Origin: Planctomycetota bacterium
GTDB taxonomy: Bacteria > Planctomycetota > Planctomycetia > JALXBF01
Assembly (NCBI GenBank): GCA_026991575.1
Contig: JALXBF010000049.1
Location: forward strand, 1-64,000
Reading direction: 5' to 3'
DNA length: 64,000 bases
Part shown: piece after piece, positions 27,793 through 37,632 of the stretch
How the letters are laid out: every line of letters begins with the position of its first letter
Numbering within the stretch: the first letter of the stretch is position 1
The notes under the pieces: generated by a model
What the model was told of the DNA's origin: nothing
Databases searched by the model: none
What the model saw: the letters and a program-made list of their open reading frames with translations, nothing else
Position numbers and translations under genes: made by a program

Positions 27793-28215
27793 TCAGATGT
27801 CCAAGATCACTTCGGCCAGCCACTCCTCGCCGTGCTTTTCGACGCGTAGGCCGTGGTAGGTCACGGCCTTCACTTCGGTGCCGGGCCGGTGTCTGGACCA
27901 GTCCAGCGGCTCGCCGCTGCAGAGGGCGCTGAGCGTGTAGCGGCGTTCGTTAACCTTGACCTGAAACTCGCTGAAGACGAGGTGTTGGGTGTCGAAGATA
28001 TAGAGGAGTTCGCGGAGCCAGTCGGCCAGCAGGTAGGCGAGATCCTCGGCATGCAACTGCAGCTCGACCATCTCGTGCCGCTCAACCGCCTCGGGGTTCT
28101 CCAGCAGCACGCTGAACAGCCCGCGGGCAGCCTCGGCAAACAACTCATCGAGCGTTTCGGCTCGAACTCTCAGGCCCACATCGGCGGTGTGGTCGAAGGT
28201 TTCGAAGGGGCACAT
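27793..28215 (-). CDS. Archease (RtcB activator)
   Basis: DHTADV at the N-terminus, EVKAVTYH and ILDI at the C-terminus; start ATG 28215. Confidence 0.95.
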   Translation of the reverse strand: MCPFETFDHTADVGLRVRAETLDELFAEAARGLFSVLLENPEAVERHEMVELQLHAEDLAYLLADWLRELLYIFDTQHLVFSEFQVKVNERRYTLSALCSGEPLDWSRHRPGTEVKAVTYHGLRVEKHGEEWLAEVILDI

Positions 28216-28228
28216 CGTACTGGTTGTC

Positions 28229-29122
28229 CTAGCCGAAGACTTCGATCGGCTGCCGGAACTTGGCCACCAGCAATTCGGGCTGTTCGATAAGCAACCAGAA
28301 CACGGCAGCGGCCACAAGATCGGCTGTCGTGCCGGGGTTCAGCGGGGGGTCATGCTTGCGGAGCCAGCTATCAAACGCACAGAAATGCTCGATGCCCAGG
28401 GCGGTGTCGGGCCAGTGATGACGGAGCACGTCACTGGCCCGGCGCGAGACCTGTTCGGCCACGCGTGCCCCGTATTTGCGCTGGATCAGGCTGTCGCGGC
28501 ACTGGCTGAGCATGTACAGCCAGCACGAGATGATTGCCTGCTCCCACGTGCGCCGCTCCTTTTGGAGCTGTTCGGCGAGCCGCTGGCGCAGCAGGCAGAC
28601 GTCTTCATAGTCGTTAGCGTACTGCCAGGCGATCGTGTCGCGGTCCGAAGCCGAGAGCATGATGTCGCGGAGCCGGCGCGTGGGACGATCGCGCACGTCG
28701 TCGGCATCGACCTGTCCGAGCCCCCCTGGGTCGGCCAGTCGGATGGCTTCGTAGACATACTCCGAGTCGCGCACGGTCGTTTCGCGCAACACGCCCTTGA
28801 GCACCTCTGCCACCGGGCGCTCACCGCGCAAGCTCGCGGCCATCGCAATGGGACAGAAAAGCAGGACGATGCCGAGGTTGGTGTTGGTGTCGACCACGCG
28901 ACGAGTGGCTCGGATGCACTCCAGGACAGCCTGGCCGACACCTAACTCGGCAACCCGGTCGAGCGGCTCGACGATCGCCTGGGCGGACATTAAGAAATCC
29001 AGAAAAGAAGCGTCGCTACCGGGTGCCCACGGATGCACGTTTCCCGGTTTGCGTGCCGTGACCTCCAGCACACAGGCAAGGAACGCCTTCTGACCGATGC
29101 TCCATGTTTCTGAGTTCGCCAT
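28229..29122 (-). CDS. CitG-family triphosphoribosyl-dephospho-CoA synthase-like protein (archaeal/methylotroph type)
   Basis: LEVTARKPGNVH, NTNLG, NPGTTADL. Confidence 0.85.
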   Translation of the reverse strand: MANSETWSIGQKAFLACVLEVTARKPGNVHPWAPGSDASFLDFLMSAQAIVEPLDRVAELGVGQAVLECIRATRRVVDTNTNLGIVLLFCPIAMAASLRGERPVAEVLKGVLRETTVRDSEYVYEAIRLADPGGLGQVDADDVRDRPTRRLRDIMLSASDRDTIAWQYANDYEDVCLLRQRLAEQLQKERRTWEQAIISCWLYMLSQCRDSLIQRKYGARVAEQVSRRASDVLRHHWPDTALGIEHFCAFDSWLRKHDPPLNPGTTADLVAAAVFWLLIEQPELLVAKFRQPIEVFG

Positions 29123-29182
29123 TGTGCGTGCTTCCCACCGGTCCAGTCGCCGCGCCTCGTGCTCGTAGCCGCCTCGCTACTC

Positions 29183-29551
29183 CTAGCACCGCGGCGAGCG
29201 CGTTCGGCTGATCGCTGCGGTCGGGGTCGTTGGCGAGATCGTCTCGACACGGGCCTGACCATCGAGCCCGGCCGATCGGAGAAACGCCTGCATCAGGGGA
29301 TGGCTTGCCAGATCGGAACAGGCGGGACAGACGTCGAACCACCGGATCGTAACGCTTGTCCCCCTCACGCGCCGCCGCACCCAAAACCATTTCCCGCAGA
29401 AGAGGCAAAGCCGCTCATGACCGACTCGTCCATGCCATGCCGCCTTCTGCTCACCAGCCTTCCGGCGCGCCTCTTCGTGCCGGTTCTTCGCCTTTCGTTT
29501 CCGTACCGACCACAACCAAGCGTTCAGCCGTTGCGAACCAAACGAACGCAC
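29183..29551 (-). CDS. Possible small basic Zn-ribbon protein
   Basis: CLFC...CPAC pair, GGAGG 10 nt before the GTG, promoter-like element upstream, fills an otherwise empty gap. Confidence 0.4.
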   Translation of the reverse strand: MRSFGSQRLNAWLWSVRKRKAKNRHEEARRKAGEQKAAWHGRVGHERLCLFCGKWFWVRRRVRGTSVTIRWFDVCPACSDLASHPLMQAFLRSAGLDGQARVETISPTTPTAAISRTRSPRC

Positions 29552-29594
29552 TCGCCGTCATCCTCCGCTCCGAAGACCATACGTCACTCAAAGA

Positions 29595-29624
29595 AACCTA
29601 GTCGCTCAACAACTTAGTCGTCAA
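29595..29624 (-). promoter_or_regulatory. Putative sigma70 promoter overlapped by an imperfect direct repeat
   Basis: Minus strand TTGACG-18 nt-TAGGTT; TTGACGACTA / TTGAGCGACTA repeat in an AT-richer patch. Confidence 0.4.
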
Positions 29625-29770
29625 GCGCGGTTTGTGCCGCCGTGGCGATCGCCGGGACCACGCTCCAGGGCGGTGCAACCGGCCAAGGCAGCTCGCGGGC
29701 GCAGCGGGCCGACGCAAAGCACACGGGCACCGAAGAAGCGCTGGCCCGTCGGCCGGTGGGCAGCACCTGC

Positions 29771-29798
29771 TTGACTTTCCCGGCACGGCTGGCATAAT
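29771..29798 (+). promoter_or_regulatory. Putative sigma70 promoter
   Basis: TTGACT-16 nt-CATAAT upstream of the isomerase gene. Confidence 0.5.
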
Positions 29799-29877
29799 GT
29801 GCGGTTACTTACGCTGGTGCCAGATGGAAGCCCCGACCGAACCGTGCAGTGACAGCACAGGGGGAGGACACGGAACG

Positions 29878-30894
29878 ATGGCACGACCGGTAACGCTCTT
29901 CACCGGCCAGTGGGCGGACCTGCCGTTCGAGACCATGTGCGAAAAGGCATCCCAGTGGGGATACGACGGCCTGGAACTGGCCTGCTGGGGCGATCACTTC
30001 GAAGTTGGGCGGGCCCTGCAGGAATCGGACTACTGTAAGAGGAAGGTGGAAACCCTGGCCAAGTACGGCCTGAAAGTCTGGGCGATCTCCAACCACCTGG
30101 TCGGCCAGGCCGTTTGTGATGCGATCATCGATGACCGCCATCGCCGGATCCTGCCTGCGCACGTCTGGGGCGACGGCGACCCGGAGGGAGTTCGGCAACG
30201 GGCTGCCGAGGAGATGAAGGACACGGCTCGAGCTGCGCGGCTGCTGGCCGAGGCGGCCGGCCATGAGATCGTCGTCAACGGGTTCACCGGATCCCCGATC
30301 TGGCACCTCGTCTACGACTTCCCCCCGACCGACCCGGCCGAGATCGACGCAGGCTACAAGGAATTCGCCGACCGGTGGCATCCGATCATGGACGTGTTCA
30401 AGGAACAGGGCATCCGCTTCGGCCTGGAAGTCCACCCGGGTGAAATCGCGTTCGATTTCTACACGGCCGAGCGGACGTTAGAGGCCATTGGGCGACGTCC
30501 CGAGTTCGGCTTCAACTTCGACCCGAGTCATCTGGTCTGGCAGGGAGTCGACCCGGTGCAGTTCATCCGGGCGTTCGCGGACCGCATCTACCATGTGCAC
30601 GTCAAGGATGCCGCCGTAACGCTTGATGGCAAGAGCGGCATCCTGGCTTCACACCTGCGCTTCGGAGACTACCGCCGCGGTTGGGACTTCCGCTCGCCCG
30701 GTCACGGCGATGTCGATTTCGAGGCGATCGTGCGGGCACTGAACCAGATCGGCTACCAAGGACCGCTTTCGGTCGAATGGGAGGATTCAGGCATGGATCG
30801 CGAACACGGTGCTGCGGAAGCCTGCCGCTTCCTGCGGGAGACGGATTTCAAGCCGTCCGAGCAGATCTTCGATGCCGCGTTCGCACAAGAATAG
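29878..30894 (+). CDS. Sugar phosphate isomerase/epimerase (AP endonuclease 2/IolE-like)
   Basis: [49 protein letters not shown] before ATG 29878. Confidence 0.92.
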   Translation: MARPVTLFTGQWADLPFETMCEKASQWGYDGLELACWGDHFEVGRALQESDYCKRKVETLAKYGLKVWAISNHLVGQAVCDAIIDDRHRRILPAHVWGDGDPEGVRQRAAEEMKDTARAARLLAEAAGHEIVVNGFTGSPIWHLVYDFPPTDPAEIDAGYKEFADRWHPIMDVFKEQGIRFGLEVHPGEIAFDFYTAERTLEAIGRRPEFGFNFDPSHLVWQGVDPVQFIRAFADRIYHVHVKDAAVTLDGKSGILASHLRFGDYRRGWDFRSPGHGDVDFEAIVRALNQIGYQGPLSVEWEDSGMDREHGAAEACRFLRETDFKPSEQIFDAAFAQE

Positions 30895-31086
30895 AGGTGA
30901 GCAGAGCAAGAAGACGTGTGGTGATGGACAGGCCGCAGGTGGTGCACTGCTACACCGCTTGCGGCCCTTCTTTGGCTGTCGTTTCGTGCTGCTGAAACTT
31001 AGGCCGTCCTGAGCGGGTCTAGACGTAGCGCACCACCGCGCGCGACGGCAGTCAGAACGAATCCAAGCGGACTCTCGGAGGATGCG

Positions 31087-32685
31087 ATGATGTTGCTGAA
31101 CAGAACGGCCAAGTACGTAAGCTGCCTGGCGGCCATCGCCGCACTGCTGGTAGCAACTGCCCTGCCCGCATGGGCCCAGAAGCCCAAGGTGCCGGCGATC
31201 GTGCTGCAGGTCAAGAGTGCAGGCGAGGTGCTGGACGACGTCCAATACCTCGCCAACGTTGTGGCCGGACCGGTCGGCGCTGCTCAAATCCAGGCCATGC
31301 TTCAGATGGTGCCGCTTGGCGGCGTAGACCAAGACAAACCGGCCGGCATGTTCGTGCAGTTCGGTGAATTTGGCGAACTGCAAATGCCTGTCTTCTACGT
31401 GCCCCTGAGCGACGAGAACGAGTTTCGCCAAACGTTGCGCACGATGTTCGCCCGGGAACAGGAACTGGGCAATGGTATCGTGCTGTACCAAAACGAAGGA
31501 CAGGCCATCTACTATAAGCCCGCCAAAGGGTACGGGTTCCTTGCCATCTTGCCGGTCTCGCTAGAGAACCTGCCTGACGTTACCGCTATTCCACAGCCTG
31601 AGCATGACATCGAACTCGTAATCGACTTCTCGCAAATCCCGCCCGAAATCCTCACCGCAATCGACGCTCAAATGCAGATCGCGCTGGCCCAGCAGCAGCT
31701 ACAGCAGGGCGAAGGGGCGGACGCTCAGGCCGAGCAGCTCGCCGTGCAGCTGGTGCAGCAGCTGTTTCGACTCCTGTTCAAGGAAACCGACCGTCTGCTG
31801 CTCGCTATCGACGTGGACCGCGGTCGTGGCCTTGCCCGCCTGGTGTTTCGGCTCCGGCCCAAAGAGAACTCCAGCTGGGCCGAGATGGCCCAGGCCATGG
31901 CCGCCACCCGTAGCCAGTTCGGAGCAATGATCGAAGAAGGAGATCTCTTCGCTATCGCCTACGCCTCGCCCATCAGTAAGGAAACCAAACAAACCCTCCT
32001 CCAGCTGTTCGACATGGTCGAACAAAGCGTTGCCCAGAGTGACGACGCTGCAGCGCAAGACGCGGTCGCTATCCTATTGCCGGCGGCACGGAAATGCATC
32101 GAGGCGGCCGACAGGTTCGACTGGGTCGTGCGTCTGGTCAGTCTCGACGGAAACCCGGTGCTCATCGGGGTCGCGGCCGTCCCCAACAGCAAAGAGCTGG
32201 AAAAGGCCGTGCTCGAGCTGGCGCGGGCTCGCGCAACCGTCGCCGAGAACATCGCCGAGTTCCGCGGGGGCGCGGTGCATCAGATCGACGTGCCGCAGAT
32301 GGACTTCCCCGTGTTCATCGCGGCACCGGAGGGAGAATTCTGGTTTGCCATCGGCAACCAGGATGACGTGAATTTCGTGGCTCAAACGCTTGACATTGCC
32401 CCCGACCCAGACATCCCGCCGGTGTACTACGCGATCAACATCAAGGCCGTGCTCGAGGTGCTAAAGAAGCACGCACCGAATCCGGCAGAAGTCGACGAAG
32501 TGGCCCGCGTGCTGGGTGACCGGCCAGGTCTGGTGCGTGTGATCGGCCGTTCCGACGGAAAAGAATTCGAGACGGCACTCGAGGTTGATGAAGGCGCGCT
32601 GCGGGTACTGGGGGCTATCGTGGCACGCGCCGCTGCCGAAATGCAGGAGCAAGCGCAGGAGGAACAGGAGCAACTCGTCGAGTAA
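31087..32685 (+). CDS. Hypothetical exported protein
   Basis: 532-aa ORF, GGAGG RBS, signal peptide ending AWA, acidic mature region. Confidence 0.75.
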   Translation: MMLLNRTAKYVSCLAAIAALLVATALPAWAQKPKVPAIVLQVKSAGEVLDDVQYLANVVAGPVGAAQIQAMLQMVPLGGVDQDKPAGMFVQFGEFGELQMPVFYVPLSDENEFRQTLRTMFAREQELGNGIVLYQNEGQAIYYKPAKGYGFLAILPVSLENLPDVTAIPQPEHDIELVIDFSQIPPEILTAIDAQMQIALAQQQLQQGEGADAQAEQLAVQLVQQLFRLLFKETDRLLLAIDVDRGRGLARLVFRLRPKENSSWAEMAQAMAATRSQFGAMIEEGDLFAIAYASPISKETKQTLLQLFDMVEQSVAQSDDAAAQDAVAILLPAARKCIEAADRFDWVVRLVSLDGNPVLIGVAAVPNSKELEKAVLELARARATVAENIAEFRGGAVHQIDVPQMDFPVFIAAPEGEFWFAIGNQDDVNFVAQTLDIAPDPDIPPVYYAINIKAVLEVLKKHAPNPAEVDEVARVLGDRPGLVRVIGRSDGKEFETALEVDEGALRVLGAIVARAAAEMQEQAQEEQEQLVE

Positions 32686-32718
32686 CGCAGCCCGACGCGA
32701 AATCCAATAGTGAGCACC

Positions 32719-32764
32719 AGCCCCTGCGTTAGCCCGGCCTGGACAAACGCAGGGGCTTCTTCTT
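32719..32764 (+). terminator. Probable intrinsic terminator
   Basis: 12-bp perfect stem AGCCCCTGCGTT/AACGCAGGGGCT followed by TCTTCTT. Confidence 0.55.
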
Positions 32765-32796
32765 CGAAGAAAGAAAGACACGACCGGACTGCACCC

Positions 32797-34014
32797 GTGC
32801 CGTTCGACCTGGTCGTTCAAGCTGGCGGTCTCGTTCTCCCCGGCCGTGTGCTCGAAGAAGGCTGGCTGGCCGTCCGGCGTGCTAGGATCGCCGCAATCGG
32901 CCGTGGCAAGCCCCCTCCGGCGTTCCGCCAGGTGATTGCCGAGAACCGCCTACTGGTTCCCGGCCTGGTTGACATCCACGTCCACGGTGGCGCCGGACAC
33001 GACTTCATGGACGGTACGCTGGAAGCCATCGTAGCAGCCGGACGAGCGCATCTGCGGCATGGCACAACGTCACTGGTCATTACCACGACAACGGCACCGC
33101 GGTCGCGCCTTGTCCGCGTGCTGGAGGTGGCACAAGCGGCTGTGTCACGCTCTCCCGACACCGGTCCCCCCACCCCTCGGTTCCTGGGCGTCCACCTGTA
33201 CGGTCCGTTTTTCGGACCGGAAGCGGTGGGCTGTCATGCACCGGACTACCTGGACACCCCGGATGAGGAGGTGCTGGCCAGGTATGAGGCCTATGCCGAT
33301 GTTCTGCTCGGTGTAACCGTGGCCCCGGAGGTCGATGGCTGGCGATTGGTGGTTGAGTGGGCCAAGCGGCTGGGCTTGCGGGTGCATGTGGGCCACTCGA
33401 ACGCAACGTTTGAGCAGTTTGCCCAGGCGGTTGCGGCCGGTGCCTGCCATGTGGATCATCTCTTCTGCGCAATGTCGGACAAGACGAAGTTGCGCCGTGG
33501 GCGCCCCTACCCGATGCAGGGAGGCGTGCTTGAGGGTGCGCTCCTGTTCGAAGACCTGACCACGGAAGTCATCGCCGACGGCAAACACCTTGCGCCCGAG
33601 CTCTTGCAACTGGCGTTCCAGATCAAGGGCCCAGACCGGCTCGCACTGGTGACCGACTGTAATCGGGCTCTCGATCAGCCCGACGGTCCGTACGTGTTCG
33701 GGCCGGCCGACTGCGGACGCCCGTTTGTGAAGCGAGACGGGGTTGGCCAGATGCCGGACGGTTCCGGACTGGCTTCCTCGTGTGTACCGCTGCTACATTG
33801 TGTGCGTGTCTTCGGCGAGGCGGTCCGCTGCGACCTGCCCGAGCTGTTCCGCATGGCTTCGCTGACGCCGGCTCGGATCGTCGGCTGGGATCATCTGGTG
33901 GGGAGTCTTGAGCCGGGGAAAGCGGCGGACTTTCTGCTGGTAACGCCAACGCTGGAGCTGTCGGCCGTCTACGTGGCAGGCCGGCAGGTCTGGCCGGAAG
34001 CCGGCACAGGGTGA
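32797..34014 (+). CDS. nagA: N-acetylglucosamine-6-phosphate deacetylase-like amidohydrolase
   Basis: PGLVDIHVHGG, HGTTS, HLYGPF, TVAPE, GHSNA, IADGKH, LVTD, LTPAR, GSLEPGKAAD; start uncertain (32710 or 32797). Confidence 0.8.
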   Translation: MPFDLVVQAGGLVLPGRVLEEGWLAVRRARIAAIGRGKPPPAFRQVIAENRLLVPGLVDIHVHGGAGHDFMDGTLEAIVAAGRAHLRHGTTSLVITTTTAPRSRLVRVLEVAQAAVSRSPDTGPPTPRFLGVHLYGPFFGPEAVGCHAPDYLDTPDEEVLARYEAYADVLLGVTVAPEVDGWRLVVEWAKRLGLRVHVGHSNATFEQFAQAVAAGACHVDHLFCAMSDKTKLRRGRPYPMQGGVLEGALLFEDLTTEVIADGKHLAPELLQLAFQIKGPDRLALVTDCNRALDQPDGPYVFGPADCGRPFVKRDGVGQMPDGSGLASSCVPLLHCVRVFGEAVRCDLPELFRMASLTPARIVGWDHLVGSLEPGKAADFLLVTPTLELSAVYVAGRQVWPEAGTG

Positions 34015-34059
34015 GCATGATAGATCGGTCCGGTAGTCAATCCGCGGCGGAGGTTCCCA

Positions 34060-34542
34060 ATGGATCCGGCCATTCGCCCCTGGGTCGAAGCGTGGGATGA
34101 TCTGGACGAGCGGTTCTGGAGCTTCGTCACGTGGGCCCGCAGTCACCTGAGCCCCGAGGAACTTTGCTGGCAGCCCTGTCCGGACGTAGCGTCCATTGGA
34201 TTCAATCTAATCCATCTTGCCGAGATGCTCGACTACTACCTGCACAAGGTGTTCCAGCCGGATAGCACCCCCGTGCGGTGGCCGCTGCCGACGATGGCCC
34301 GAGCTGCCGTCGATCCAGGCACCTACTCAGAACTGGACGACATCGTTGCGTATCACCGCATCGTGCGACCTCGATACCGAGCGTTCCTCACCACGCTGAC
34401 GCTGGCGGACTTTGCCAGGCCGCTGTTCGGCGGTCGGCGCAGCGTAGGCTGGGCAATCGCCCACATCCACGAGCATGAAAGCTACCACCTGGGCAAGTGC
34501 ATGCTGCTGCGGACACTTATTCGCGCCTGCTGCCAGGAGTGA
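34060..34542 (+). CDS. DinB-family protein
   Basis: SIGFNLIHLA and HIHEHESYHLG metal-binding His pattern; GGAGG RBS. Confidence 0.8.
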   Translation: MDPAIRPWVEAWDDLDERFWSFVTWARSHLSPEELCWQPCPDVASIGFNLIHLAEMLDYYLHKVFQPDSTPVRWPLPTMARAAVDPGTYSELDDIVAYHRIVRPRYRAFLTTLTLADFARPLFGGRRSVGWAIAHIHEHESYHLGKCMLLRTLIRACCQE

Positions 34543-35905
34543 GCCGGTCAAGCCTGCGCACCGTAGCACCGACGTTGTCCTCGACGACAACATCCTCAAC
34601 GCCCTGATCGCGACCGCCCACAAGGATCAGACGGGTCGGGCCGAGGAAGACATTGCCGCGGATGACAATGCGGCGCGATCGGTTGCGGACGCGGATCGTC
34701 GCGTCCTGTCCGGCGCCTGTGATGAAGAGGTTATTGGCAATCAGATAATCCTCTGCCCGTGGTGTCTTCGACGGATCGAATGCGGACTTGTCGATCATGA
34801 TTTCGCCATCAAGGATTCCGTGATCCTTGCGGCCGTTGCGCCGGAAGATATTGCCGACGATGACTAGGCCACTGGACTCTGGCGCCCACAGCCCTTCGCG
34901 GCCGCTGTCCTCAATCACGTTGCCGGTCAGCGTGCAGAAACGAGACCCGCGTTCGATGGTGACTCCCCGGGAGCCGTTCCCGCGGATGATGTTGTTGCTG
35001 GCAACAATGTAGCTGCTCGTCTCGACAAAGTACCCGCCCATCTTGCTTTCCAGGACCCGGTTCGCAACGAAGCGGCCGTCCACACAGCGATAGAAGTGGG
35101 TGCCATCCGAGCGGGAGCGCTCCAGCGTGCAACCGCGCACGAGGAAGTTGCGCACGAAGTAGAACGCCAAGATCCCCTGATCCTCTCGCTTGCTGCCTTC
35201 GACCGGCCCCGCGCCCGGTTGCAGGTAGTCGATGTAGACGTTGCAGCAGTCGCGGCCCACGACGTTCTCGACCCAGACATCCTCAATCATCGCCTGTGGA
35301 CCAGCTCCAAAGAGCCCGATGGCATTCCTCGACAGGGCCTCGAACACCATGTCCCGGAACCTAAGCTGTCGGCACCGACCATAGAACCGCACCCCCGCGA
35401 CGTTGACGCTATCAGGCCAGTGATCTCGTCGGCCGATGATGCGACCGCCAACGAACGTGACGTCACGGACGTCCCTCCCCACGAAGACCTGGCCATCCCG
35501 GCGAACGGTCTCGGCAACGACGAACGTGACTCCGTGGAGAAGCAGGGTCGTGTGGGAGTGGACGCGAAGCCCGGCAGGGTCGGTGATGCGGAACACGGCC
35601 TGTGGAAAGCGCAGGACAACAGGTCCGCTCTTGGCCTCATCCAGTGCCCGTTGCAGCTCCTCCTGGTATGAGACGGACCCGTCGGTCTTGAAATCCGCGG
35701 GCAGGAACGCGCGCACGTCGACCACGCGTCCCCCTGGTCGTGGGCCAGCCACAAGCGGTCTTTCCCGGCCGAGCGTTACGGCGATGGCGACCGCAAGTCC
35801 AACGGCGGTTGCGGTAGCCGTTCGCAGTGTCCTGTTGTGGATCGGTTCCGGCGCCTCGCACCGGCCACGGTCACGCTGAAGCCCGCGATCGCTTCGGTCA
35901 GCCAT
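34517..35905 (-). CDS. Right-handed parallel beta-helix repeat protein (pectin lyase-like), exported
   Basis: TDGSVSYQEELQRALD start, repeated NxIxxNG beta-helix units, N-terminal hydrophobic segment; start estimated. Confidence 0.8.
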   Translation of the reverse strand: MADRSDRGLQRDRGRCEAPEPIHNRTLRTATATAVGLAVAIAVTLGRERPLVAGPRPGGRVVDVRAFLPADFKTDGSVSYQEELQRALDEAKSGPVVLRFPQAVFRITDPAGLRVHSHTTLLLHGVTFVVAETVRRDGQVFVGRDVRDVTFVGGRIIGRRDHWPDSVNVAGVRFYGRCRQLRFRDMVFEALSRNAIGLFGAGPQAMIEDVWVENVVGRDCCNVYIDYLQPGAGPVEGSKREDQGILAFYFVRNFLVRGCTLERSRSDGTHFYRCVDGRFVANRVLESKMGGYFVETSSYIVASNNIIRGNGSRGVTIERGSRFCTLTGNVIEDSGREGLWAPESSGLVIVGNIFRRNGRKDHGILDGEIMIDKSAFDPSKTPRAEDYLIANNLFITGAGQDATIRVRNRSRRIVIRGNVFLGPTRLILVGGRDQGVEDVVVEDNVGATVRRLDRLTPGSRRE

Positions 35906-36143
35906 CCTCCGCTCCGAGTCACCCAACGCGTTACTTGCAGTCGATAGCATTCTTTGGCCCCGCACGGCGGAAACGACGGATCTTGCTGTCCAGGCGGCAA
36001 CCCTCGGAGGCCCATGGGAGCTCTCAGGGTAGTATCCCCAGTGTTCACCCACGTGTGCCCTGCCTGCTACGGTTTAGCTACCCTGTAGCTTGTGGTCCGC
36101 CGCCCGTGGGCGAGTTCCCCGCCTTGACCGGGGGTAGAAAACG

Positions 36144-37100
36144 ATGGTACCCGACGAGTACTTGTACCGAGGACTGTGTGCGCTGGCCCGTGCGCACCGG
36201 GCCGGCACGATGGCAGGCCATCTCGGGGCTGCAGTCGTTGCCGGCTACTTCTTGGCCCGCGAGTGGCTGGGCCACGATGCGGCGGTGGCTGAGGCAATCA
36301 GGCATGAGCTAGATCGGATCCGGGCCGGAGAAGAGCGGCTCTGGTTTGATCCGGCACGGACGGGCATCACGGTGGAAGAGTTGTTTGAACCGTTCGAGAA
36401 CGCCGAGATTGTCCGTAACGGCATCGCCCGCCTGACGAAGGCACTCTGGGCCAGCGTTGATCGGTTGCGTCAGTCGGGCCACAATGTGATCTTTGCCAGC
36501 CTGGCGCTGAAGGCTATCGCGCTGCGTCCTCAATTCGCGCAGGAACCTGTAGTTGCAGGTCTGGAGCGGCTGCTCGGTTTGTTTGCGTCCGCGGGTCCGG
36601 GCCGGGGCTACTACGGTCGGGAGCGCGGCTGGCAGTGGCCCCCGCGGGCCCCCCTTGCCGACGATCGCCTGGTACCGGTGTACCGGTCGCCGCGCGCCGC
36701 TGCCCGGGTCGTGCTTTCCGTGTTGGCGAATCATGCAGGTGAGCGGCGTCGGGGCTATGGCGGGCTGTTTCACTTGATCACGCATGCGCGGGCACTCCTC
36801 GATCTGGAGGAGCTAGGCGCACGGGAGCTGGCCCGTGCGGCGCTGGCCGCCCACCGTCAGCACGTCCGAGCATGGCTGGGCCTGCCGAGAGTGGACCAGG
36901 AGTTAGGTACCCTGAAACGAGCTATTGAGCTGCCCGACTCGCCAGAGTACTGGCGCAGACATCGTCAGTCGGTGCAATGGTCGGGCTGGCTAACGCATCG
37001 CCTTAAGGTGCTGTATGCCTTCCACGCTCTGTTGCCGTTAGCCCCGACCGAGCAAGCTCGCAACCGCGCCCTACAGGCGCTTGGGTACCTGCTGGCCTGA
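36144..37100 (+). CDS. Hypothetical helical protein with repeated His motifs
   Basis: 318-aa ORF; AGHLGA, SGHNVIF, FHLITHA, LTHRLK. Confidence 0.7.
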   Translation: MVPDEYLYRGLCALARAHRAGTMAGHLGAAVVAGYFLAREWLGHDAAVAEAIRHELDRIRAGEERLWFDPARTGITVEELFEPFENAEIVRNGIARLTKALWASVDRLRQSGHNVIFASLALKAIALRPQFAQEPVVAGLERLLGLFASAGPGRGYYGRERGWQWPPRAPLADDRLVPVYRSPRAAARVVLSVLANHAGERRRGYGGLFHLITHARALLDLEELGARELARAALAAHRQHVRAWLGLPRVDQELGTLKRAIELPDSPEYWRRHRQSVQWSGWLTHRLKVLYAFHALLPLAPTEQARNRALQALGYLLA

Positions 37101-37362
37101 GTGCCCACCGTGCACCGACTCCGGCCCCGCTGTGGGCACCCCTGAACTGTTCTCGGAGGGCGGAAGCCGAGACCGGTACGCCGCTGCGGCTGAGCCCGGC
37201 GATTCTGCGTCTGTCGCTTCGCAGTGGCTTATCTGTGCTTACCAAAGGGCATGCTGCCCAAGAGGCTGGTAGCTGATACAGTGGACATAATGGGCGTATC
37301 CACGTCGTGCACCGGTGGCCGCTGCGGCAGCGGTTGGGCATTTGGCGTCGGAGAGCTGGGTA

Positions 37363-37632
37363 ATGATTGCGGAGAAGGCAACCAGAGCGAGTATTGGCGT
37401 AGGCATCGGGGTGGTTCTGAACGTGATCGGTTTCCTGCTTTTGAGCGCCGCAGACCCCGTTCGTCTCCTTGGGCCCATCGTGATCGTGCTTAGCATCGTG
37501 GCTCTCGTCTGGGGCTGCGCGAACTATGCCGAAGCAAAGGGATATACCAAGTGGCTTGGCGCACTTGGAGTGGCAGGCCTGCTCGGTCTTGTGGTTCTTG
37601 CCCTTTTGCCCGACCGCCACAGCCAGGCCTAG
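37363..37632 (+). CDS. Small integral membrane protein
   Basis: About three TM segments, AEAKGY...GLLGLVVLALLPD; GGAGAG upstream of ATG 37363. Confidence 0.65.
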   Translation: MIAEKATRASIGVGIGVVLNVIGFLLLSAADPVRLLGPIVIVLSIVALVWGCANYAEAKGYTKWLGALGVAGLLGLVVLALLPDRHSQA

